Source: Candidatus Obscuribacteraceae bacterium
Lineage (GTDB): Bacteria > Cyanobacteriota > Vampirovibrionia > Obscuribacterales > Obscuribacteraceae
DNA: 64,000 nucleotides
NCBI GenBank assembly: GCA_044226015.1
Contig: JBGAHS010000001.1
Coordinates: 544,001-608,000, forward strand
Reading direction: 5' to 3'
How positions within the stretch are numbered: position 1 is the stretch's first letter; each line of letters begins with the position of its first letter. The position numbers were made by a program, and so were the translations under genes. The notes beneath the pieces were generated by a model, which saw nothing but the letters and a program-made list of their open reading frames with translations, ran no database searches and was not told where the DNA came from. This document shows positions 47,229-55,666 of the stretch, in pieces.

Positions 47229-48215
47229 GTGCTTATGTACGCTGAATTTACCGCGAACGAAATTTTGAATGCAACTGTTGGTCGTCTCGAATCAGGAAGT
47301 CCCGATGGTGGAAAGGGCAATCTGGTTTGGGATTTCGGCGAAATTAAAGAGGGTGATTGGTTCCTAGCTCTCAGCTCAGCAAGCGATGATCCACACGATT
47401 GTCTTGACCTTGCCTTTCAGTGCGGTGCCCGCGGAGTGATAGTGAATCGGAGGAATCGCTATGCTTCAGCACCACGAGGCTCGACTATCATCACCGTAGC
47501 TGACACCACTACCGCGCTGATAGATCTCGCACGCCACTGGCGCCATACGCTTAACCCCAAAGTTGTAGGGGTGACAGGCAGTTTCGGAAGACGTGCTACC
47601 ATGCTCTTGCTGAATCAATTGCTGCAAAGTAAATTCAGCACTCATCTTGCCTTTGTTGGAAGTATGGGGCGCCTTTCATGTGCGAAGGAAGTCCTGGCAA
47701 TGCCAGTGGGCACCGAAGTTCTCATATTCGAGGCTGGTGCAATAGAACGAGGTGACATCACAAGAATTGGTGGTGCACTCGAACCAGACCTCGCCGTTTT
47801 GACCCAAATTCGACATCCATTGCCGTCCGCTGCTCGTGATACCTTCGTTTCTGCCCTCTACTGTGAGTTGCTCGAGACTGTCTCAAGTCAGGACGAAGAC
47901 TTACCTTCTGCTGTAATTTACGATGACAATACTTCTGTTCAAGCGCGTGTGGATTCCGTAGCAAAAGATATGAATCTGCGACGCTTTTCGCAGGGTGAAC
48001 TTGGAATTGTCAATTCACTGTCAGAAAGTTTTGTGCGAGATCTGAGTCAGGCGATGCAAACAGCAATCGGTCATGCTGTCTCGCGTGCAGAAATTTGGTG
48101 CGCTGTGGAAGCTGCACAAGTTTTGGGAATCGGCACAGACACCTTGCAAGAGATCTTTGAAGTGCGTGCCTCGGCACAGCAGTCTGATGCACCGTATTGT
48201 GAACTTCTTATATAA
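47229..48215 (+). CDS. Degenerate, C-terminally truncated MurF-like protein
   Basis: MurF-like N-terminal domain, VADTTTALIDLARHWR...VVGVTGS, but GRRAT in place of GKTT; 328 aa. Confidence 0.75.
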   Translation: MLMYAEFTANEILNATVGRLESGSPDGGKGNLVWDFGEIKEGDWFLALSSASDDPHDCLDLAFQCGARGVIVNRRNRYASAPRGSTIITVADTTTALIDLARHWRHTLNPKVVGVTGSFGRRATMLLLNQLLQSKFSTHLAFVGSMGRLSCAKEVLAMPVGTEVLIFEAGAIERGDITRIGGALEPDLAVLTQIRHPLPSAARDTFVSALYCELLETVSSQDEDLPSAVIYDDNTSVQARVDSVAKDMNLRRFSQGELGIVNSLSESFVRDLSQAMQTAIGHAVSRAEIWCAVEAAQVLGIGTDTLQEIFEVRASAQQSDAPYCELLI

Positions 48216-48226
48216 CGTGAGGAAAA

Positions 48227-49705
48227 ATGACTACAGAAATTTTTGTTGTTAATGAAATACTCGCTTTGTTAGTGCTTCCGCTGGCACTGCTGGCAAGCTT
48301 TCTTCTACCTGGCGAGTCGAAAGTAAAAGCCTTATTACTCAGCCAGTTATGTGCATTCGCTCTGGCACTAATTGGTGGGATTTTGAGGCTTGCAGTTCCA
48401 CAGCTGCCAGTCCTTGCAGGAGCCGAGTTCTTCTCCTTTCATTTCAACGCTATGTCATCTTGTCTGCTGGCAGCAGTTCTTTTCATAGCCTCAGTGGTTT
48501 TAGTGTTTAGCGAAAGATATTTGAGTGGTGAAACAAATCGCTTGAATTTCTTGCGGGGTATCATGCTGCTAAGTTCTGCTGCTTCACTTCTTACAGTCAC
48601 TGACAGCATTGTCACTGCAATAGTTTGCTGGCACGTTCTGTCCTTGGGGCTCTGGTCTTTGATGCGAATGCAGCCTCTCAGTTCGCGACAAGCCGAAGGC
48701 GTCATACTCTTTCACCTGTCGAGTGATTTGTTGATGCTGCTTGCAAGCGTGTTGGTCATTGTTTATGGTTCTTGCACGAGATTTAGTGAATTGAGTGCTG
48801 ATGCTCATCTCAGTGGAGTCCAAAATGGAATTGTATCTTCACTACTAGTGCTCGCTTTCGGAATTAAATCTGCACTTTTCCCTTTCCATAAGTGGTTGTT
48901 GAACACGCTGAATGCTCCTACACCCTTGTCTGGACTTTTGCATGCGGGTGTGGTGAACGTTTCGGCTGTGATGGCTCTCAATTTCAGCCCGATATTATCT
49001 GGGCAAACGATGGTGATGCTTGCTTGGGCATCTTGGGCTGCAATTTCTGCAATGCTGGGTACCCTGAGTATGTCAGCGCAGCCCGATGTGAAAAGAAAAC
49101 TTGTCTACTCTACAGTTGGGCAGATGGGATTCATGCTGTTGCAATGCGCTAGTGGTGCATATGCTGCGGCCATCTTCCACTTAATCGCTCACGGAATGTT
49201 CAAATGCCATATGTTTCTCCAGTCAGGAAGCGCAGTTGCAGATGGAATAGCTAAGCGCAAGTTTGCATATGTTGGAGATTCGAATCTTGCGAATTTGCTC
49301 TGCGTAACACTGCTGTCTACAGCTTGCTGCGTCGGAATGCTCTTTCTAAGAGACTTCAACTGGACAGTGATCTCAGCTCTGATAACTGCTGCTGCCGTGT
49401 CCTGTGCTATTCCGACTCTCGGCAGAGTGCGATTTGCCACGCTGTCTGCTTTCTGGCTTCTTTGTATTGGAGTTGTTTCACTGGCGGAACTATTCAGTCT
49501 TAAACTCGAGTCACTCTCAGTGGTGACCCAGGGGGATAATTCACTCTTCTTGGCTCTAGCGCTATTGGTCTTTGCCCTTGGCTCAGTTTTTCTGGCGTTC
49601 ATTCGTGAGAGCCGCTTGTCTAAATGGATTTATGTTCAGGGACTGAATGGTTTCTATGCCGATGAGATGGGTGCGGCGGTATTGCGCAGTATCAATGGCA
49701 AGTAG
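48227..49705 (+). CDS. dabB: DabB/MpsA-like (NuoL-like) membrane subunit of an inorganic carbon transporter
   Basis: KSALFPFHKWL...APTPLSGLLHAGVVN, KRKLVYSTVGQMGFM, FHLIAHGMFK; immediately upstream of dabA. Confidence 0.85.
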   Translation: MTTEIFVVNEILALLVLPLALLASFLLPGESKVKALLLSQLCAFALALIGGILRLAVPQLPVLAGAEFFSFHFNAMSSCLLAAVLFIASVVLVFSERYLSGETNRLNFLRGIMLLSSAASLLTVTDSIVTAIVCWHVLSLGLWSLMRMQPLSSRQAEGVILFHLSSDLLMLLASVLVIVYGSCTRFSELSADAHLSGVQNGIVSSLLVLAFGIKSALFPFHKWLLNTLNAPTPLSGLLHAGVVNVSAVMALNFSPILSGQTMVMLAWASWAAISAMLGTLSMSAQPDVKRKLVYSTVGQMGFMLLQCASGAYAAAIFHLIAHGMFKCHMFLQSGSAVADGIAKRKFAYVGDSNLANLLCVTLLSTACCVGMLFLRDFNWTVISALITAAAVSCAIPTLGRVRFATLSAFWLLCIGVVSLAELFSLKLESLSVVTQGDNSLFLALALLVFALGSVFLAFIRESRLSKWIYVQGLNGFYADEMGAAVLRSINGK

Positions 49706-49742
49706 ACCACATTTGCTTGATAGTTTTTTTTCTGGAGGAAAC

Positions 49743-52154
49743 ATGATTAATAGTCCTACGAAGTCGGCTGACACATTGACTGATGCAATTGAAGAAGCTA
49801 CAGCTTGTCTTGGTTTTCTTTATCCACTAAGCAATTTCATTGCATGTAATTCTCTGAAAGGATTTGAGGATCTGCCCTTCCACGCTGCTATGAGGGCTGC
49901 CAGGGAACTCTTCGGATGTCGCGGATTCCTGCCCCTTGCAGATTTCAGAGCCATGTATGAGTCGGGGCGAATTTCTCCTGCTAACTTGCAGCTGGCTTTC
50001 CACAAAAACCAGCGTGCAAAAGCAATTACTCCAAGCTATTCAAAACGACAATTTTGTATCGCTGAATTGTTGGATAAGAACGCAGGTACAGATATCGTAG
50101 AGACGATCAACAAGCAAATGATCAAATGGTGTAACGCCTATTTGGATAGTACTCAAGCTCAGAATAAGCCTCACGTAAATGGCGGTTTCTTCATGTTCTG
50201 GAAAAATCTGGCGAGATACGACTTTTCTTTGATCTTCAAGCAAGTTCCCTATTCTTCTGAAGTTATTGATTATTTGCCTGAGAACTCAGAAGATGCGCTT
50301 GATGGTTTGCTCTCAGAGTTGGAGTTAAAGAAAGAGCAAATCGCAGCGTATTTGACTCGCCATGCTGTTCACTTGCCCGGAATTACGAGCCACCTGAAGT
50401 GGCGCGACAAGGAAGGCATTGAACCTGGAATTCTCACTGACTATCTGGCTATTCGACTTTATTATGAAAAGATACTGAGCCAGTCTATTAGCCGCAAACT
50501 TTATCGTAGTGTTGATCTGGCTCTTGTTCGCTCACTTTTAGAGGCAGAACTTGGTGAGGAAGTTGAAGAGTCAGAGGACTATGGACCCGTTTGGCTTGAA
50601 GCATACGAACTGAATTTCCGAGACAAGTTGCTCGCTTCTCTCAAACCAAAAGACGACAGCACCCAGGAGTCCAAAGACTGTCAATTAGTGTTTTGTATAG
50701 ATGTTCGCTCTGAACCTGTTCGAAGAGAACTAGAAGGAACGAATAAATATTCGACTTTCGGATTCGCGGGTTTCTTTGGTATGGCGATGCAATTGACCGA
50801 ACTTGGCAGCAAATTGCCGCTCGATCTCTGCCCTGCGTTGATCAAACCTGATAAGAAGGTAAGAGAGTATGCCACCGGTGACGGTGCCAGCAAGAAGCTC
50901 GATTGGCAGGCATTGAAGACCTCTGCCTTGCTGCTAAAAAAGCGGCTTAAGTGTGATCTTGCAAGCGCCTTCGGACTTGTCGAATCCATAGGAATATTCT
51001 CGGCGCTGCCGCTTGCGGCAAAGACTTTCTTTCCTGAATTTTCTCTAGGGCTTGTGGACGAACTAGAGCAAAAACATGCGGCGTGCTCGCCAACGAAACT
51101 AGACTGCTCTGCGATATCTGTGAAAGATAGAGTTGCTATGGCTGAAGGGGCTATTAAAGGAATTGGACTCAAGCAGTTCGGGAAACTGATAGTGCTTTGC
51201 GGACACAGAAGTAGTTCAGTGAACAATCCCTTTGCTGCTTCTCTCGACTGTGGTGCTTGTGGTGGCAACGGCGGTGGCGCTAGTGCAAGACTGGCGGCTG
51301 ACATATTGAATGACACTGAGGTCAGGCTCAGGCTTGTAGAGCGTAAGATTCTAATACCATCAGGCACTTTGTTTGTCGCTGCTGAACATGACACCACCAC
51401 TGATGAGTTCACCGTTTTTGAGCCTGTGAAGGTTTCAGTCGAGCAGCTGCGAATTTTGGATGAACTGCGTGATGACCTCGCGATAGTTGGACAGAAAGCT
51501 CGCGCGAAAAGGGAAAAGCTACTTCCAAAAACCTGTTTGCCTAAACTCAATGCGCCAGAAATTCGTGCGAAAGATTGGGCGCAGATTGCTCCTGAGTGGG
51601 GCTTAGTTGGAAACGCTGCCTTTATTGCTGCTCCGCGCTGGGTTTCGAAAGACGCAGACCTTGAGTCTAGAGTCTTTCTGCATTCCTATGAGTGTGATAA
51701 TGACCCCGGCAACAAGGTGCTTGAATTGATAATGACTGCACCGCTTGTGGTGGCGCAGTGGATAAATGCACAGTACTACATGTCTACTGTCGATAATGAA
51801 ACTCTGGGTAGCGGTAGCAAGGTGTTTCATAATGTCGTTGGCGACTTTGGTGTGATGCAGGGTGAGTCTAGTGATTTGAAGATGGGACTTCCCCGGCAGT
51901 CGGTGATGACCGTGGAAGGGATAAGACATGAACCCATGCGCTTGCTTGCGGTAATTAGAGCGAAGTGTTCTTCAATCGATAGCGTTTTGCGGGCTCACCC
52001 AGAAGTCAGAAAACTTGTCGTGAATCAATGGATTCGCCTGGTTGCAATAGAACCTGAAACAGGAGTTTTCTTTGAAGCTGAAGATTGCGAGAAATGGTTC
52101 CCGCTGCATCTAGGGAGTTCACAGGTTGCCGTTGACCTGGCTATGAGCGTGTAG
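49743..52154 (+). CDS. dabA: DabA/MpsB (DUF2309) beta-carbonic-anhydrase-like subunit
   Basis: FCIDVRSE, GFAGFFG, LCGH, LDCGACGG, PEWGL, FLHSY, WINAQYY, HEPMRL; GGAGG RBS before ATG at 49743. Confidence 0.93.
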   Translation: MINSPTKSADTLTDAIEEATACLGFLYPLSNFIACNSLKGFEDLPFHAAMRAARELFGCRGFLPLADFRAMYESGRISPANLQLAFHKNQRAKAITPSYSKRQFCIAELLDKNAGTDIVETINKQMIKWCNAYLDSTQAQNKPHVNGGFFMFWKNLARYDFSLIFKQVPYSSEVIDYLPENSEDALDGLLSELELKKEQIAAYLTRHAVHLPGITSHLKWRDKEGIEPGILTDYLAIRLYYEKILSQSISRKLYRSVDLALVRSLLEAELGEEVEESEDYGPVWLEAYELNFRDKLLASLKPKDDSTQESKDCQLVFCIDVRSEPVRRELEGTNKYSTFGFAGFFGMAMQLTELGSKLPLDLCPALIKPDKKVREYATGDGASKKLDWQALKTSALLLKKRLKCDLASAFGLVESIGIFSALPLAAKTFFPEFSLGLVDELEQKHAACSPTKLDCSAISVKDRVAMAEGAIKGIGLKQFGKLIVLCGHRSSSVNNPFAASLDCGACGGNGGGASARLAADILNDTEVRLRLVERKILIPSGTLFVAAEHDTTTDEFTVFEPVKVSVEQLRILDELRDDLAIVGQKARAKREKLLPKTCLPKLNAPEIRAKDWAQIAPEWGLVGNAAFIAAPRWVSKDADLESRVFLHSYECDNDPGNKVLELIMTAPLVVAQWINAQYYMSTVDNETLGSGSKVFHNVVGDFGVMQGESSDLKMGLPRQSVMTVEGIRHEPMRLLAVIRAKCSSIDSVLRAHPEVRKLVVNQWIRLVAIEPETGVFFEAEDCEKWFPLHLGSSQVAVDLAMSV

Positions 52155-52212
52155 GAGGAGCGCTCGGTTTCTGAGACTAGCCCGGGGGGGGGGACTTCCT
52201 CCCGGGCGATAT

Positions 52213-53031
52213 ATGAGCAGGTTGCTTATGAATAAGGAACTAAAAGAACTAGAGAACGAAAGCATCTTTATCATTCGAGAGGCTTTTGCTAAGGTAAAAG
52301 ATCTCGCTATCTTGTGGTCAATGGGCAAGGACTCTACCGTCTTGCTTCATCTGGTAAGAAAGGCATTCATGGGGCATTGCCCGCTTCCTCTGGTTCATGT
52401 GGACGAAAGCTACGAACCTGAAGAAATGATCAAATGGAGAGATGATTATGTAAAACGTCATGGGCTTCGTTTGATTGTTGGGCAGAACAAGAAAGCCCTG
52501 CAAGAGGGAATGGGACCTGGTAAAGGACGTCTGGTCTGCTGTACCGCTCTCAAGGCAGTTGCACTGCAAGAAACTATTCAAGAGCACGGAATTCAGGGGC
52601 TAATGGTGGGCATCAGACGGGACGAAGAGGGCGCCCGTGGCAAAGAAAGAGTGGTCTCACCCAGAGCCACGAATGGTGAATGGGATTATAAGGACCAGCC
52701 CGCCGAACTGTGGAACTATTACAATTTGCACGTGCCTGGAGATGTGCAATTGAGAATTCATCCTATTTTGCAGTGGACTGAGCTAGCCATTTGGGAGTAC
52801 ATTCAGAGCGAAGCTATCGAAATTATTCCACTGTATTTTTCGCGTAATGGAATGCGTTACCGCAGCCTGGGCTGTGCTCCCTGCACAGGTGCCTTTCCGT
52901 CCAATGCCTCGACTATCGAAGAGATAATTGCTGAGCTTAAGTACACTAGCGTGTCTGAGCGAGCGGGTAGAGCGCAAGATAGTGCCGATACTTACGCCAT
53001 GCAAAAGCTTAGAAAGAAAGGTTTTATGTAA
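52213..53031 (+). CDS. cysD: Sulfate adenylyltransferase subunit 2
   Basis: ESIFIIRE, WSMGKDS, GIRRDEEGARGKER, RYRSLGC.PCT, ER.GRAQD; start may be 52228. Confidence 0.9.
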   Translation: MSRLLMNKELKELENESIFIIREAFAKVKDLAILWSMGKDSTVLLHLVRKAFMGHCPLPLVHVDESYEPEEMIKWRDDYVKRHGLRLIVGQNKKALQEGMGPGKGRLVCCTALKAVALQETIQEHGIQGLMVGIRRDEEGARGKERVVSPRATNGEWDYKDQPAELWNYYNLHVPGDVQLRIHPILQWTELAIWEYIQSEAIEIIPLYFSRNGMRYRSLGCAPCTGAFPSNASTIEEIIAELKYTSVSERAGRAQDSADTYAMQKLRKKGFM

Positions 53032-53059
53032 TCCTCTTTTATGCCTGAAGGGCACTATT

Positions 53060-53524
53060 CTAGAGCTGCGCTATTATTTTGAGCAGCTCTTCATTCTTAG
53101 GCATGCCATCATGCACGTGCCTTAGTATGCCTTTCTTGTCTATGATGAAAAGTTTGCGTTCTGCATTGCTGCGCCCTTCCCTCAAGGCACCGTAAAGACG
53201 TCCAATCTCGCCTGACTTGTCGCAGATTAGTGGAACCCTCAAATTGTGTTTCTCAGTGAATTTTTGATGGCTTTCCATGCTGTCGCAAGAGGCACCGAAT
53301 ACTGCAGTGTCGTTTGACTCAAACTTGCTAATATCAGCACTGAACGCGCACATTTCTGCTGTACATCCCGGAGTATTGTCTTTCGGGTAAAAAGCTATGA
53401 TGACATTTTGCTTTCCACGAAGTTCTTTCAAATGAAGTGTTCCGATTGGGTAAAGCTCGCTTTTGAAATCAGGCGCCTCTTCGCCTTGTTTTAGTGCAAC
53501 AAGCTTTTCTTGTGGCGATGTCAT
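53060..53524 (-). CDS. bcp: Peroxiredoxin BCP/PrxQ
   Basis: FYPKDNTPGCTAEMC. Confidence 0.9.
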   Translation of the reverse strand: MTSPQEKLVALKQGEEAPDFKSELYPIGTLHLKELRGKQNVIIAFYPKDNTPGCTAEMCAFSADISKFESNDTAVFGASCDSMESHQKFTEKHNLRVPLICDKSGEIGRLYGALREGRSNAERKLFIIDKKGILRHVHDGMPKNEELLKIIAQL

Positions 53525-53570
53525 CGTTTTCTCCTTTCTTTTGTTCTACCTGATTTATGTTCTAGCTGAT

Positions 53571-55589
53571 TTACTTGCTTGGTCCGGCTTTGTCCAAAGC
53601 TTCCAGCACTATTTGTTGGTTCAGCGCTTCTGGCAACACTTCAGGGGTTTTGCTTCCAGCCGCGTAAATTACATAAACTGGCACGCCCGATCTTCCAAAT
53701 GAGCGTAAGAGATCGCTTATCTCAGGATCTTGTGCGGTCCAATCTGCTTTCAGCGGCACCACATTAAGTGCTTTGAATTTGTCTCGTACTGGTGCAGTAT
53801 CAATTATGGTGGCTTCGTTTGCTTTACAGGTCAGGCACCATTTTGCCGTGAAGTCGATGAAAACAGTTTTGTTTTCAGAAAGTAATTTATCGAGATCAGC
53901 CTGTGTGTACTTTTGCCATTGAATGCCGTCTTTGGGAGGAGCTTTTGTCAAACCAATCGTAGCTTTTGTGCCCAGAAGTTCTGGAAAAGGCTTAAGGAAA
54001 AACCAGTATCCGCCAAGTGCAAATGCTGCTGCAATTGACCAGACAGTTATGCGCCGTTGCGTTGAAGAACTCAGATTTATAAAGCTACCTACAATCCAAC
54101 TGCAGAGCGAGAGAACTAGCAGAAAGCTCACCGCCGCCACAACAGCATCGGGGTCGACCAGTCCTGTCAGAACTGAAACAAGCCATACTGTTGTCGCAAG
54201 AAGCAGGAACCCGAGCGATTCTTTGAATCGCTCCATCCATGTTCCTGGCTTGGGCATAAACTTCATCCAGTTTGGTTTCAGTGCCAGTACCAGATATGGT
54301 GACGCCATACCTATTGCAATAGCGCTGAATATTGCCAGAATTTCCCACCATGGTTGAGCGAACGCAAAGCCGAGGGCAGTGCCTAGAAAAGGTGCTGTGC
54401 AGGGAGTCGATAGTACTGTCGCCAGAACACCCTTAAAAAATGTTCCTGTCAGACCTTCAGAGCTAGCCAGTTTGTCTATCTCTTTCTGCCCGCCGAGGTC
54501 TATGTAGAATACGCCAAACATTGACAGAGCGAAAACTGTCACAACGCTAGCCATTCCCATGATAAAGATTGGATACTGGAACTGAAAACCCCAGCCTATC
54601 TTTTGTCCTGCACCTTGCAGAGCGATTACAACTCCGCCCAGAGCAAGAAAGGACATCAAAATTCCAGCTGCGAACGTCATTCCGTGCTGAAATACTTTCT
54701 TCGGGTCGTCGCCGGCTTGTTGCACCAGGCTGAAGATTTTGATTGAGATGACAGGCAAAACGCAAGGCATGAAGTTGAGGATAAAGCCGCCTATGAAGGC
54801 AAATCCTAAATATGCAAATAGCCCGCCAGCAGCCTCTTCTGGTTTGTTTTCACTGAGGTTTGTTGAAGCTTGAACCTCAGTGCCCTCTTTTTTTGGGGTG
54901 GCTGCAGCCTTGCCTCCTTCTCCTATTGCTTGGGAAGCCGGTCCATTAAAATTTATTGGCGCAAAGGTTGCGGCATGGTCAGCTTTCGCATCTGCTGCAT
55001 TTGACACTACAGGCAGTGTCAACTTGAGTTCGGCTCCACCGGGAACGCAGGCATCTTTGCACGCGAGCCATTTTACTTTTGCCTTAAATTCCAGTGTTTT
55101 TGCTTCGATATTTGCCGGCACTTCAATTTCGGCTGCCATAGCCGTGTGGTCATTGTATCCGTAAGTGACGATGCCGGAGTCTTCCATTTTGTGTGGGCGC
55201 TCCCACATAAACTCTCCAGCTTTGAATCCTGCTGGCAGCGTCCATTCCACTCGTGTGGGCATTCCAGCTTCGCCGGCTTCCTTATAGTATGTGTGCCAGC
55301 CCGGTTGCATTTTCAGCTCAATTCCAAGCCTGATTTTTTTTCCTGGCACAACAGCAGTGCTATCAGCAATAAGTGCCGCCTGAACCATATTGGTATCTGA
55401 ATCAGCCAGAGCCGGCGCTAGCCCTTGAATGAGATGAGCACTGCCTGGCAAGGCTCCAATATCACGTACTGCTTCGGCCGGAATTTGAGGCGGCGCGAAT
55501 ATGTTTGGAATCGATGGAAAAATGCCCAGAGTCCAGGCTATGGCTATTGCCGCGGCCCATTGACAAGTGCTAAGAGGGGTTCTTCTCAT
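53571..55589 (-). CDS. dsbD: DsbD-family protein-disulfide reductase
   Basis: GWHTYY...C...C N-domain, NFMPCVLP, TPCTAPF, WCLTC thioredoxin domain. Confidence 0.9.
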   Translation of the reverse strand: MRRTPLSTCQWAAAIAIAWTLGIFPSIPNIFAPPQIPAEAVRDIGALPGSAHLIQGLAPALADSDTNMVQAALIADSTAVVPGKKIRLGIELKMQPGWHTYYKEAGEAGMPTRVEWTLPAGFKAGEFMWERPHKMEDSGIVTYGYNDHTAMAAEIEVPANIEAKTLEFKAKVKWLACKDACVPGGAELKLTLPVVSNAADAKADHAATFAPINFNGPASQAIGEGGKAAATPKKEGTEVQASTNLSENKPEEAAGGLFAYLGFAFIGGFILNFMPCVLPVISIKIFSLVQQAGDDPKKVFQHGMTFAAGILMSFLALGGVVIALQGAGQKIGWGFQFQYPIFIMGMASVVTVFALSMFGVFYIDLGGQKEIDKLASSEGLTGTFFKGVLATVLSTPCTAPFLGTALGFAFAQPWWEILAIFSAIAIGMASPYLVLALKPNWMKFMPKPGTWMERFKESLGFLLLATTVWLVSVLTGLVDPDAVVAAVSFLLVLSLCSWIVGSFINLSSSTQRRITVWSIAAAFALGGYWFFLKPFPELLGTKATIGLTKAPPKDGIQWQKYTQADLDKLLSENKTVFIDFTAKWCLTCKANEATIIDTAPVRDKFKALNVVPLKADWTAQDPEISDLLRSFGRSGVPVYVIYAAGSKTPEVLPEALNQQIVLEALDKAGPSK

Positions 55590-55666
55590 GAAAACTCCGG
55601 CGAGAATCTACAGCCTAATTATAGAGGCTAAAATGCTTCTCAGCATGAAAAGGATGCAGTTGGAAA

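Noticed and set aside
48227..49705. Respiratory complex I subunit NuoL
   Set aside because: No other nuo genes adjacent; it is paired with DUF2309, which defines DabB/MpsA
50681..51550. 289-aa minus-strand ORF
   Set aside because: Entirely antisense to dabA, with no recognisable motifs
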